DNA of 64,000 nt from the human T2T-CHM13v2.0 reference genome, Homo sapiens: assembly GCF_009914755.1 (NCBI RefSeq), contig NC_060944.1; one strand, given 5' to 3'. Positions within the stretch are counted from its first letter, which is position 1; each line of letters opens with the position of its first letter. Below are positions 30,921-54,656 of the stretch, piece after piece. The notes beneath the pieces are model-generated. The model did not search any database. It was not told the DNA's origin and saw only the letters and a program-made list of their open reading frames with translations. A program made the position numbers and the translations under genes.

Positions 30921-33900
30921 TCACACGGAGAGCCCTCAGACTAGTCAAAGTCTCTAGGGTGGGGTTCAGGCATCCATATGAGGTTTTAAAAGCTTCCCAG
31001 GTAATTCCAATATGCAGTCGAGGCTGCGAACCACTGGATTACAGCTGCAGCCCCTTACAGTCTGCAACAGAGATGCCACCCAACTGTGTCAAAAGGAGAA
31101 TAATCAGGACACGGTAGTTCACAGTTCTTTGTAAAGCTGAATGTTTTCAAGTTACAGTTCATTCTTTATTGAGAAATGATAGGTATCATTTTGTTGTTGT
31201 CATTAAAAAGTCCTTCATTTTATAACATGGGGAAGAATGGCTGGTAGTTGATTGTTTTAATGTCTTCAGCAAAATAAAAAGCTGGCAATCTGTCACCCGA
31301 GTTTATTGAAACATTAGTGGTCTAAGAAATCCCACAATTTGGACACTGGCCTGGAGGGCTTGCAAGATCCTCTTTTCTAATCTGAAGTTTCTCAATTCTG
31401 GGTTTTCAAAGATGAGAGGCCAAAACCCTGACTCAAGCCTCCTGAGACCTCCCAGGAACAAGGAGTCTTGCAAAGGGACGTTTTCACTGAGAATTACTAT
31501 TATTATTAAACCATGTTACTACCTCAAGAAGGAGAACAAATGCTTCCCACTCCTCTAACCCAACATCACTATGTACATTTCTCAGTGGTTCTTTCTGATC
31601 CCCTGGAAATTATTTTGCTGAAAAGAATACAGACTATTCCCAAAATAAAATGTTTGCAGCCTGCCAGACCAGGTGGTTCTTGTTCTGTGCCTCCAGCCAG
31701 GGACACAGATTTCAGACAGGGTGACAGGAAGGAAACCAAGTGCAAAGAGACGAGAGAAGCTCACTGGCAGCCTCTGGGTGCTATCTCGAAGGGCTGCAAA
31801 GATACATTCCCATGCGGCTAGAGAACCATCACCAGCATGCAGTTGGCTTCTGGCCTGTGGTGACCTCTGCAGGAATGGGGAGCTGCTATTCACTCTTGCT
31901 GGCTGACAGGCCAGAAGATTAAAGCTATATATGCCAGAGCAGATGGAGCTGGAGACCTGGGGTACGGGACAGCTTGTTCCAGGCATCAGAAAGCGTCAGA
32001 GGTGACCAGGGCCTAACAAGGTGAAAGGCTTCACCCTTCATCAGACTTGCGAGGCCAGATGGAATCAGGTTCCCCACCACATTCACTGGGTGGCTTATCC
32101 AATCTCTGGCACCATGATTGATGAACTGGAACTTCAGGCAAGCCACTTTCCCTTCAGAGCCTCAGGCATTCGGAAAGAAAATCTCACCTGAAAAATCCAG
32201 TCCAATCAGAAGGGGAACAGGGGGGATTTGGGGACTTCAAAGGCCATGGTGATATTCCCTTTCTTAAACGAGGTGCCAAAACACGTGGGAATATATTTTA
32301 TCATGATTCTTTATATGTATATCTATCAACATTCTTTTATCGCTATACAATAGTAATAAAAACAAAACAAACACACACACAAATCCAGCCCTTTGGTAAC
32401 TGGCTCCTTCTGCTGTACCATGCAGGCTGGCATGGGCTCTGCCAGCAGGCTGTTCCCTAACACCACAATTGTGCGTCTGTATGACTCATCCAAGCTCCAG
32501 AGAGTCCAGCGTCTGGGACCTACACTCAGGGAGGGGCCACGTTCCTTTTCTCCTCTCCACTGCACAGGAAAACAGAAAGGTGAATGTGGGAGCATGCATG
32601 TTAGCGCTGACAGCTAATGTTTAAATGGAATTCCTAGCCACATTAAATATATTCAACGTAGGCTTAAACACGTCTCAACACATACATCCCACTCATAGGT
32701 CCTAAGGACCGGGGCTGATGCTGCTCCCAGCTAATAATGATTCACAGTTGTCAAGCCCCAAGCAGGTTCTCCAAGCACGTGTACTCCCTGCTGCAGGAGC
32801 AGTGAAGCAAAGGTGGACAGCTACTGTTCTCTGCAGGATCTTCAGACAACCTGAACCTGCAGACTATGTGCCCTGCCAGCCAGCAAAAGCAACTATTAGA
32901 TCATTCAGGTTTCTGGAAACCCCATCCTTCTTCTTTGTGCCTCCTCACCCCAGAGGGCATAAAATAGTTTATTCGTCTTGAAAAATATGTTTATTCTGAT
33001 GACTCTGGCTACCAAGCCCGAAGCTCTGATCACGGAACTATGTGAGAGACTCCCCTGCATAATTATTACTCACGATACTAACTGCAGTGCTATTTACAGA
33101 TATTCTTTCTCAAACTTAACACACTCATGAGTTATTTTCTTTATTTGATTAATGGAAAAATCAGATGCTCAGAAAGGTTAAATGATGTGCCTAAGAACAC
33201 ATGGGGCTCGTAATGGCAATGCCAGGAATCGGAGTCAAGTGACTCTCCAGACTGCTCAGCAAATGGGATGAAAGACAGTCACTGAGAGAGAAAGAGTGCC
33301 CAGTGTGGGATGGGCAACCACAAAAATCCATTCTACATTCTTGAAATCCACTATCACAAACTGAGGCATGTCCATGTTTTGGTGGTCTCATGGTTTGTCA
33401 CTGGCCACTCTGCCGAGGGGCCCCAAGCTGACTCTCAACCTGCTGGACTGGGTGACTCTTGTCTGTGCAGAGAGGATGTCACCACAGAAGACACTGCTTC
33501 CTCCTCCCAGTCAGGCCAGATGGGTCACAGCCCCACTAGGCCATCACCTGCAGGCGTAGCCCTGGCTCAGCTGCCCACACCACTGTTTACCTTCACTCAG
33601 AGGCACACTCCTATAGGTAGGCTGCTTCCCACAGCTAGTCAGTTTCACTTCCTGGTTGACACCCAAAACAACAACAAAGATTCACTTCCTCTGAAGCCTG
33701 CACTCCCTAGTTCATTCTTGACACCTTGCTGGACACCCACAGCAGGCAAGGAAAGTTCAACAGCTCCCTTCCATGCCTCGTTTAGAGAATCAGGTGGTGC
33801 TGGGCCACTGACACTGCCTCTTTATTGGGGAGGTTTAAAAACCCGCTCCACAAATGTTTGCAAGGTCTTCTATGTGTCAGCTTCAGTCCTGAGTGCTGGG

Positions 33901-34154
33901 GACACAAAGGTGAATGAGTTGTGATATCTACCCTGACGGAGCCCCCAAACAATGAAAAGAACCCACCATAGAGGGCTAAGAGCACTGGGGGCCTAGGCAG
34001 CACAGATAGGTCACCACTAAGCCACCTCTGAAGAGGGGATGGTTAGAGCTTAGAGGGGTTGTCACAGTGGGCAGGGAAGTCTAACTTTGCCCCTCTGCCT
34101 TCTAGTAACCTTTGGGTGCAGCGCTGGGGAATGGTTCAAAGCCCAGGGCATAGA

Positions 34155-34305
34155 GTTCTGCTGTCTAGTATGGTAGCCTAGCTACATGTGGCTTCTGAAA
34201 TTTAAATTAAAAATTCAGGTTCTCAGGCACACAAGTGGCTAGTTACCCTATTGAACTGTGCAGACAGAGGACTTTTTCATCATCATAAAGCCCTGCTGGA
34301 CAGCA
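34155..34305. mobile_element. MER3/MER33-like hAT MITE fragment, followed by MIR (about 34310-34530)
   Basis: GCTGTCTAGTATGGTAGCC...TACATGTGGCT and CATCATAAAG...GGACAGCACTG; MIR core CCTCAGTTTTCTCATCTGCAAAA. Confidence 0.65.
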
Positions 34306-34713
34306 CTGGGTAGGGGTTCACAGATCTGGATTCCAATCCCGGCTCTTCTAATTAGAAGTCACGTGACTTTGAATGAGTGGCTCTACCTTTCTGTACCTCA
34401 GTTTTCTCATCTGCAAAACGTGGATACTTACCTCAAAGGCTGGTGTGAAGATCAAATGAGCTAATTAATGCATGTAACACTGTGAGAGCCACAGTGGCCA
34501 GGTACACAGTAAGTGCTCAATAAATGGCAATTATTTTTATCATCACAAGTCCGCGGCACCTGGAAGCAGATATTGTGCTTCATGCCTCTGCTCCCCTCCT
34601 AGTGCTGCCAGCATAACAGGTGCCTGGTAAATGCCTATGAATTCCTTTTCCCTGCAGCAGTCTCATCCAGGCCCAGGCTGACACAAATCTGTGGCAGAGG
34701 CGGGAGTACTCAC

Positions 34714-34838
34714 ATCTGTAGAGATGGTTCCACACGGGGAAGAAGGCCATGTAGAGCGCCACGTCCCCCACTGTCGGGTAGGACTTAAAGATGGCGATGA
34801 CAGCGATCTGGATAAACATGAAGAAGATGGGGTGCTCC
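34714..34838 (-). CDS. PIGU: PIGU exon 10, aa 310-350: [41 protein letters not shown]
   Basis: Acceptor GCCCCAG|G, donor T|GTGAGT; 125 nt; conserved KSYPTVGD motif; partly in ORF 34580..34819. Confidence 0.97.
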
Positions 34839-35558
34839 CTGGGGCAGGGCAGGGGAAAGAGAGAGATGAGTCAGGGACCAGGCCTACCCTAGAGACTCCT
34901 GACTCCATCCTTTGAACCAAAAATAATCCTCAGGGGACTTCAGGAAGGGGCTGGCTCTGCTATCCACAAGGCATGGGCCAGGCCCCAGTAGCAGAGCAGA
35001 AAACTGCAGGGACCCAGAAATACCCAGAGGTGGTGAGGAGGGCCTGGCAAACACTAGGGAAACAGCCCACAGAGACATTTCCCATCAACAGTCCCCCTCT
35101 GCCTCTGCCAGCTCTGGGCCTTCCCCTAGGAGCCACAGAGGAAGAAAACAAATGAAGTCAGCATTCTTTATGACTGGGCTTAAATGACTGCTTGGCAGGA
35201 TAATTAGGCAGCCTCCCTTGCCAGAGGCCCCTCTGACAATTGGACGCAAGGCAGGAAGTGCCTCCTTGCTGATGCCTTTTTTCTCTAACAACATGGTCAG
35301 CAGGGTCTACAGACCCATAGTGCGATGAACTTCTTTCCAGGAAGAGAACTGTGAACTGCACAGAGCTTTTCAGTTCTTAAGGGCTGGGACTATTCTTGTT
35401 AACTTAAACTAATAGCAGTTTCAATTATTATTTTAACCTAATAATAAGTGATAGCAATGGGTATCCTCTCCTGAACTCCCTCTGTGTAAAGTCCTTTTCC
35501 TGCATCCTCTCACGTGATCCTCACCACATCTCAACCACCCCTCAAGGCAGGCAATCCT

Positions 35559-35858
35559 GGGCCAGGCGCAGTGGCTCACATCTGTAATCCTAGCACTTCG
35601 GGAGGCTGAGGCAGGAGGATGGCTTGAGCCCAGGAGTTTGAGACCAGCCTAGGCAACATAGTGAAATCTCATCTCTACAAAAAATTTAAAAATTAGCCGG
35701 GTGTGGTGGCATATGGCTGTAATCTCAGCTATTCAGGAGGCTGAGGTGGGAGGGTTGCTGGTGCCAGGAGGTTGAGGCTGCAGTGAGCCATGATCAACCA
35801 CTGCACTCCAGCCTGGATGACACAGTGTGAGACCTTGTCTCAAAAAGAAAAAAAAAAA
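35559..35858 (+). mobile_element. AluJ within a MIR, TSD AGGCAATCCT
   Basis: Alu consensus; flanking direct repeat; MIR rc motif ACAGATGAGGAAACAGA downstream. Confidence 0.82.
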
Positions 35859-37666
35859 GTAGGCAATCCTCTCACCTGTACTTCACAGATGAGGAAACAG
35901 ATTCAGAGAAGTGCACTGACTGAGTAGGTTAGTAAGCGATGGAGTTGTCTCCAGAGCTCTTAATCACGCCCAATACCATTCTCCTGAGTGCTGATCACAC
36001 TTCCAAGCTCTGGTCAGGAGAGAGTTGGGGGACAGAGCTCAATCTCAGTGCCCCTCCGAGAGCTGACCAAGTGCTAAAGGGAAGCCAACAGGGAGAGGCT
36101 GGATCTATAACCTCCTCAGCTACATTTCAACCACATGCACATGGCCTACTTCTGCACAGTACCTAGATGCCTAGCCCATGAAGGTTTTCTTCAGAGATTA
36201 ATGACCTTTTTGTCTTGCAGGTCAAAGGTCAGGGTGACTCAATGGGTATGAATCTGAGATGTGCAGACAAACATGTCCACACCCAGAATGCTCCAGTGCT
36301 GCTGTGCAGCAAGTGCCTCAGAAACGCAGCTTGGCAAAGGCGTGCAGCCCTGTAGCCTCTAAGAAGCGTCCAGCTATAGCTCAGTGTGAACATCTTCCTA
36401 AACACAATCCACATCACTGGCTTCAGGCTTTTCAGGTAGCTGGTAACAACGGCAACATTTCTATGAAAAGGCTGGTGAAAATGCGGTGACAAAAAAACAG
36501 ACTACAGCCTCCTGCAGCACTGCACAGGGACTGGGGTGGCCTGAAGGGCCCTGTTCCTACAAAGCTGGCACTGGAAACAAATCTTGCAGGGGGCAGGAGA
36601 GCTTAGGTAGAGCTTCATACCCAGGCAGAAGAGAAGACAGCAGGGAGAGCAGGTCTCTTCATATTTTCTGTCCCCACAACTGTGTGGGCCTGGCTTAGGT
36701 CATAAAATGGTGACATTATTGCCTACCCAGGAGCAATGTGTGGCTTTGCATGCAGACAATAAAAGCTGCCGGAGAGCTGGCTGCACGGCCAGTGCGGAAA
36801 GGTGCCCTGGGATCCCTGCTCCTCTTCACCCCATGGCTGGGCCTAACCGGAACAAGGACAGGGAAGGTGGACCACAGACAGCTGGAGAGCTCAGCTGGGC
36901 AAGGCTGCCAGAGTTCCGGAGCCTGCCAGGCCATGGAAGGAGGGTGTTCTGTCAGAAGCCAGGCCAAGGCTGTGTCATGGGAAGGAAGCATCAGCTTTTG
37001 AGGTTTTACAGAATGGGAACCACGTGCATTGGTGCACAGACCATGGAGAATGGCAGGAAGGTTAGGACAGAGAACTTGAGCTCTTGAAACCTAAATCAAA
37101 CTCTTTCAGGTTCCCCAGACCATCTAGGCGTATCTGTACCTGTCTGTGTCTGTTTTCCCTTATCTGAAGCTAGGATAATAGAACCATTTCCGGAGGCTAC
37201 TAAAAGCAATCTCTCCGGAGCTTGGCATGGTGCAGGGGGATAAGCATAGATTCTGGAGCCAGACAAACCTGAGTCTAAATCCCAGCTCCACTGCTTACTA
37301 GCTGTGTGACTGGGAAAATCATCCCACCTCTCTGAGCATCGATTTCCTCAACTATAAAATGGGAGTGATAAGAATCTAACGCCTACCTCCAGGAGTTGCT
37401 AGGTTAGGTATGATTATGTTTCAGAGGGTCTAGAAAGGCACCTGGAATGGAGCAGGCCTAACATCTATCAGCTCTCTTAGACTGCAGAAGAGGACTCCAC
37501 ACATCCTTTGGAGGGAAACAGATCAGGAGATTAAACAGTTGCAGGTGGCCAGCCTCCCAACTAAACCATCCAGAGTCCCTGTGGAGGACCTGTCACTGGG
37601 CTGTTGATGGAGACATTCCACCAGATACACTTTTTCCAAACACACTCCCCTCCACAACTCCTGTTC

Positions 37667-38297
37667 TTTTTTTTTTTTTTTTTTTTTTTTGAGACATGCA
37701 CTTCCGCCTGTCATCCAGGCAGAAGTGCAGTGGCACAAGCAGCTCGCTGAAGCCTCAAACTCCCGGGCTCAAGTCATCCTCCTGCCTCAGCCTCCCAAGC
37801 AGCTGGGACTACAGGGGCACACCACCACACCTGGCTAATTTTTGTTGTTGTTGTTGTTGTTTTTGTTGAGATGGAGTCTTGCTCTGTCGCCCAGGCTGGA
37901 GTGCAGTGGCACAATGTTGGCTCACTGTGACCTCTGCCTCCTGGGTTCAAGCAATTCTCCTGTCTGAGCTTCCAGAGTAGCTGGGACTATAGGCACCCGC
38001 CACTATACCTGGCAAATTTTTGTATTTTTAGTAGAGACAGGGTTTCACCATATTGGTCAGGCTGATCTCCAACTCCTGACCTCAGGTGATCCACTCGCCT
38101 TGGCCTCCCAAAGTGCTGGGATTATATGCGTGAGCCACTGCACCCAGGCAGCCACCTGGCTAATTTTTAAATTTTTTGTAGATACAGGATCTTGCTATGT
38201 TGTCCAGGCTGGTCTCAAACTCCTGGCCTCAAGTGACCCTCCTGCCTCAGCCTCCTGAAGTACTGGGATTACAGGTGTGAGCCACCATGCCTGGCCA
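37667..38297 (-). mobile_element. Nested Alus: AluS (about 37840-38150) inserted in the middle A-rich linker of an AluJ
   Basis: Repeat CACCTGGCTAATTTTT on both sides of the inner Alu. Confidence 0.8.
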
Positions 38298-38598
38298 CCG
38301 CCTGGCTCTAGTCCAAAACAGTGAATGGGCTCAGCAGCAATGTGGACTTGAGCACCTCAGAGTGAGGCCAGGGAAAATGCTGGGGCTCCAAAGCACCCTC
38401 ACTGCAGCCTGCACCCATGCGACTCTATTGCCTGCTATGGCGCTGGCAACTGCGGCAACTGAAGGCAGGTTCCTTAGGTGAGATGCTCTAAACCTGACAG
38501 CAGGTGCTCCACATTTGAAGGCCACCCTCAAGGCTACTAGAGGCAGGGGCTTCTCGGACAGCTCTGTACACACAGCAGCAGCAGGTCCAGCCACTTAC

Positions 38599-38742
38599 TT
38601 TAGCTTTATGGCTAAGGGGATGGTGTAGAAGAAGACGTTGATCTGAAACACACATACAAAGAAGAGGCTGAAGTGCTCAAACATCTCTGCAAAGAAGTAC
38701 CAGAAAAGACCAATGTTTGGAGTGAGATCTGGAACAGAAAGT
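38599..38742 (-). CDS. PIGU: PIGU exon 9, aa 262-308: [47 protein letters not shown]
   Basis: Acceptor TTAATTCCAG|A, donor AA|GTAAGT; 144 nt; conserved PIG-U/Gab1 motif [10 protein letters not shown] (F274/W275); seen in ORF 38595..38948. Confidence 0.98.
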
Positions 38743-40064
38743 CTGGAATTAAGAAAACAAAGGGAGAGAAAAAAGACAAAAGTTATAAATTGTCTGCTTT
38801 GACCTTGATTTCTCCTGAAGACTTTGGTCACTGCTGGGCAGCCAAGGACGACTTTCTCCCTAGAGAGATCAGGATGGGAAGGGCTCTCTAGGTACCCTGG
38901 ATACAGGTAATTAACAAAAATGAGCAGAGACATATAATGATAACCCATAACAAATATTAGCTAAGCCAAACAAATCTGAAATGAGGCAGGGATTCATCCT
39001 AGGAATAAAGAGACTCACCCCTGTTTTACTGCGCAAGACAGTTTAAAATCAGGAGATACCCAGTACTGTAACAAATGAGTTTTAAAACACAGGATCTATT
39101 TTGGGCATTCTAAAGACCTGCCTAGAGGACCACGCTCAAAGATCCTGCTCCTCCCCATTCTTACTCCACACCCCACAGCAGGAGCCAGAAAACCGAGTGC
39201 CTGAGACCGAAGTGAGACTTCTAGGGGCTTTAGGAACAATCGGTGGGTTCTGGCTAAGATCCCCAGGGTCCCAGTCTTAATTGAGAAATTAGGGTTTAAC
39301 TGGAAAACTTTTTGTCCAATTAAATCAGACAAATATTTCGCTGCAATTCTGGCTCTCCTAAAGTTTACATTTTTGATTTAAAAAAATATGAAGTTGAAAC
39401 TGATCTCAATACACAATTCAAAAAGGACAACAAATAGGGCACGCAGAGGGAGAGATGAGTGATGGCTCTTGGTCAGATTTCCCTGACTGAGGCCTCCGCC
39501 CAGGTTAACTTTTGCCTCTTGCTGTAACTATACCTCCTTTTCTGGGAAATGAGGTAAAGAACACAATCCGTGGCCCAGGAGAAAGAACTCTTCACCTGGC
39601 ACCGCAACTCCTATCTAAGGCAGAGCATGAAGAGCTGAAGTTAGCAAGTCATTGTTATGCTCAGCCAGGATTTAACACAAATAAGCAGTCCAGAATTCCA
39701 AATGGGAGTTCTGCCACTCAGATCCCTTCCACACATGCACAGGTTTAAGAGTCTGTCACCTATTGGGCTGTGAGCTCCCCAAAGCTTAGGGAGCAACCGA
39801 GTCTTCGGCACCTATGCAGAGCCTGGCACGCAGAGGGCATTCGGAAATGTTTATAGAATTCATGAATATAAACTCAGACAAGCCTGCAATACTCAAGTCC
39901 ATTTGAGTTTTCCCTCAAGGTTTGACGTGTGGCAGGTGGCATTATTTTCAAACTGTCAGAGGCCCTCTTGCACTAGAGGAACACATCCATTCCTGTTTAG
40001 AATTGAGCCCAAACCTCCCAGTTAGAGGCTGGTATTTGCTTTGGATGTTCCCAGGGAGTGCTCT

Positions 40065-40202
40065 TTAACCCACTTATGCTGGAGGTTGCAAATTTTTTTG
40101 TGTGAAAAATCAGACCTTGGCGATGACCTTGAGCAGTAGGACGTAAATAACTCCCACAAGCTTCGTGTTCCAATAATAGAACACTAGGCATAAATGGGTT
40201 AA
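40065..40202 (-). mobile_element. MER85 piggyBac-family MITE with TTAA target-site duplications
   Basis: TTAA(40065)-CCCACTTATGC...GCATAAATGGG-TTAA(40199); internal CAGACCTTGGCGATGACCTTGAGCAGTAGG and GTTCCAATAATAGAAC match the recalled MER85 consensus. Confidence 0.9.
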
Positions 40203-40231
40203 TCCCACCATATCAAAGGTGTGTTTCAGAG

Positions 40232-40425
40232 TACAGGTTCTCAAAGTGTGTTCCCTAAACCAGCAGGCCAACAGCACTGGCATCACCTGGAAACCGGAGA
40301 AATGCAAATTGTTGATCCCTCCCCAAGACCTACTTAATCAGAACCTCTGAGGGTGGGCCCAGCAATCTGGGTTTTAATAAGTCCTGCAGGTGATTCTGAT
40401 GCACCTTAAGGTTTGAGAACCGCTG
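40232..40425. mobile_element. MER5A hAT-Charlie MITE
   Basis: GGTTCTCAAAGTGTG...GGCATCACCTGG...AGAAATGCAAATT...GGTGATTCTGATGCAC...GTTTGAGAACCGCTG. Confidence 0.85.
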
Positions 40426-40519
40426 CTATTTAATATAAAGGCTTCCTGTGGTCCCTCACCCTCTGAGTCCAGCTAGAGCTATGAAAACCAAATTAGCTTC
40501 CAGAGTTTTGTCGGGGGGG

Positions 40520-41585
<1,066 letters not shown>

Positions 41586-41614
41586 TAGAATTTTCTAACG
41601 TGGTCATTACTTAC

Positions 41615-41769
41615 ATAAAGCCATAGACTGCGGGGATGAAATCCCAAGAGCTGAGAAGGAAGAAGGAGAGGCAAATGATTACCACTAGGCTTCCCACATA
41701 CATCATGGCATACTCCCAAGAAAAGATCCAGAAGGCTTTGCTCTTCATTTTCACAGGTATGTACTGCCG
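41615..41769 (-). CDS. PIGU: PIGU exon 8, aa 210-261: [51 protein letters not shown](I)
   Basis: Acceptor CTTCTCTCCAG|CGG, donor AT|GTAAGT; 155 nt. Exons 8-12 sum to 681 nt = 226 aa + stop, consistent with a 435-aa protein; upstream exons lie beyond 64000. Confidence 0.96.
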
Positions 41770-42262
41770 CTGGAGAGAAGGCAAAGTGATATAAACTTAG
41801 GGATGTAAACAACAGAGGGCAGCTATTAGCTTACACTTAAAGATCCCTCCCGCAAAACCATACTATGATACACAGGTTTATAATTTTGCTTTGGTCTTTA
41901 ATTAACTAAGAAGGATGTAAGTGTTAAAAAGGTATTACGGGTGCATCCTCTGACCTCAGACCTAGTAACACCATTTCTAGGTATGTATCCTGGAGACAAG
42001 TTGCAGAAGATACAAATGGAGGAAGATTCATTGCACCATTGTTTGGAATATCAAGAAAAAATCCTTCAATAGAGGAACAAATAAATTGTGGTATATTGAC
42101 ATATGGTATACTATTTGCCAGGTTAAATGAATATATTGTATCTATAAATGTCAACATGGCTAGATCTAAAAAATATGAGGTTAGTTATAATAGAAAATTG
42201 CTAAACAAGCCTATTATATGAAAATACTTATGTGTTCTGAGATTATACCAAATAATACTATT

Positions 42263-42266
<4 letters not shown>

Positions 42267-42297
<31 letters not shown>
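42267..42297. repeat. (AC)15 microsatellite
   Basis: Direct reading. Confidence 0.92.
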
Positions 42298-42298
<1 letters not shown>

Positions 42299-42514
42299 CT
42301 GTAAGTTTCATAAAACATAGATTAGAAGGACATATACTAAAGTTATGATAGTATTAGCCTCCTGGGAACCAGAGAGGAAAATATAATTGGAACCTAAGAA
42401 ACTTCATATAACCTGGCATTCATATGCAAAATGAAAAGAAATAAACAAGTAAAAAAAGACTTTAAAAAAACGCCAAATTTGGGTTAAAAAAACTTCAACT
42501 TTATCTGCTTTCCT

Positions 42515-43102
<588 letters not shown>

Positions 43103-43420
43103 TCACATATTTTATTAAGTATGACAACAGCAATTATGAAACAATATAGCAAAAATCTTAATATCTGTTTAGTTTGGGCAGTAGACATATGGCTATCATT
43201 ATACATTTTCTAAATTTTTCCTCTCTTAAAAATGTTTTCCTCAAAAAAAAAAAAAGATGCTGGGGGAAGAGAAATAATTTATTGTTGTAAGAAAAAGGAA
43301 AATAAGAATTACCAGAAAACAAAAAAACCACCCCAGTATGTGAGAAAACAGAAATGAGTTTAAACAAATCACAATCAATTCAAATGAACAAAACTGTATA
43401 ACTAAAAATCATGTTGTCAG

Positions 43421-44205
43421 GGACTGGGCATGGTGGCTCATACCTGTAATCCCAGCACTTTGGGAGGCCGAGGCAGGAACATCACCTGAGGCCAGGAGTT
43501 CAAAACCAGCCTGGCTAACATAGCAAAACCCCATCTCTAATGAAAATACAAAAATTAGCTGGGTGTGGTGGTGTCCGCCTGTAGTCCCAGCTACTCAGGA
43601 GACTAAGGCATGAGAATCACTTGAACCCAGGATGCAGAGGCTGTAGTGAGCCGAGATTGCACCACGGCTGCACTCCAGCCTGGGCAACAGAGCGAGACTC
43701 TGTCTCAAATAAAATAGCGTAACGTAACATAACATAACATAACATAACATAACATAACATAACATAACATAACATAACATAACATAACATAACACAACAA
43801 CAAAATAAAATAACATAAATCATGTTGTTAGGAAAAAAATCAGTTATGCAGCTACATGCTATTTACAAGAGATATACCTTAAAATATAAGACACAGAGGC
43901 CGGGCGCGGTAGCTCATGCCTGTAATCCCAGCACTTTGGGAGGCTGAGGCAAGCGGATCATGAGGTCAGGAGATCGAGACCATCCTGGCTAACATGGTGA
44001 AACCCCGTCTCTACTAAAAATACAAAAATTAGCCAGGTGTGGTGGCAGGTGCCTGTAGTCCCAGCTACTCAGGAGGCTGAGGCAGGAGAATGGCGTGAAC
44101 CCAGGAGGCAGAGCTTGCAGTGAGCCGAGATTGCGCCACTGCACTCCAGCCTGGGCGACAGAGCGAGACTCCGTCTCGAAAAAAAGAGAAAAAAAATATA
44201 TATAT
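43421..44205 (+). mobile_element. Two sense Alus (AluS about 43421-43816; AluY-like about 43898-44205)
   Basis: Alu consensus; TSD AAATCATGTTGT(C/T)AG around the first. Confidence 0.9.
43726..43790. repeat. (AACAT)13 pentanucleotide repeat in Alu tail
   Basis: 13 perfect units preceded by AGCGT and AACGT variants. Confidence 0.95.
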
Positions 44206-51360
<7,155 letters not shown>

Positions 51361-52016
51361 TTTAAACTATGCAAATATTATAAAGCACAAGGGCATTCAA
51401 GACAGATGGGACATCATGGGTATGGGACCTGAGGTGGGATGGAACTTGCCACACTGGAGGAACAGAGAAGGTCTGTGTGGTTTGAGATTTAGGAGTGAGG
51501 GGTAAGTGGTATAAGATAAGCATAGAGAGGTAGAGAACAGCCAAGTCAAGCAGGAGCTAAGCCATTTTGGTAATATACATCTCATAGGCTCTTTAACAGT
51601 TGAGAAAAATGTTTCAGGTGGTGAGTGTTAGCACCTCTTTTACAATCTTGTGACAAAGAAAGCAAGTTCCAGACCAAATTCTAGCACACCTAAAGACATC
51701 TATTAAACAGATATTCCTTAGTGAGCCAGGCCCAAAGCAGTTCACACAAACTATTCTAGAAGCTCCATGCTGTCCCAGCTCTTTCTGCCTCTAGTTATTC
51801 CAACCACCACTTATGAAAAAGGTTCACTCACAATAGAACTGACAATATCCCAGAGGCAGGGTTCTGTTGCCCTTGGAGTCACATCAGGCAACCAGAAATC
51901 CTAACCAAAGGCCAAAGGATCATTAAGGAATTACGCCTCAGGCGCCATCTCCAAGGGAAGAAGTTACAGGCCCTGCTAGATTCATATTCCTTCTTCATGC
52001 AAGCATAGGAATATTT

Positions 52017-54242
<2,226 letters not shown>

Positions 54243-54656
54243 TCAGGAAATGAGGTTTCACTCTTTGCAAATCCCATTAGTGGCCCCCAAGTTTCTGTTT
54301 GCTACCATTTTTCTCAGTGTTTTATTCGACCTAAAGTGCTCTCAGTGTTAGACTGGAAAATGATTTTTTTTCTTGGCAAACTTGTGGTTACAAGATGTGC
54401 AATAAATTTTAAGTATAATTCTGTTTTGAAGACATGGTTTTGGAGTCAAGGTTTGCTTGGGGAACAGGGCCCTAAAACGATAAAGTAATTTGAAGTATGT
54501 ACTGCATCTATTTATAAAAACTGAACTTGCACTTAATCTTGCAGGACTATTCCAGTTACACAGTGAGGCACATCTAAAATTCCTAAAAAAGAAACTCCAG
54601 CAATCCCCTGATGGCTTGTTGTTTATAAACACTAGAGCCAAACTTAATCTCGAGGT

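Noticed and set aside
33310-33924. 204-aa ORF in apparently unique intronic DNA
   Set aside because: No recognisable homology or splice context; antisense to PIGU; would need conservation or Ribo-seq support.
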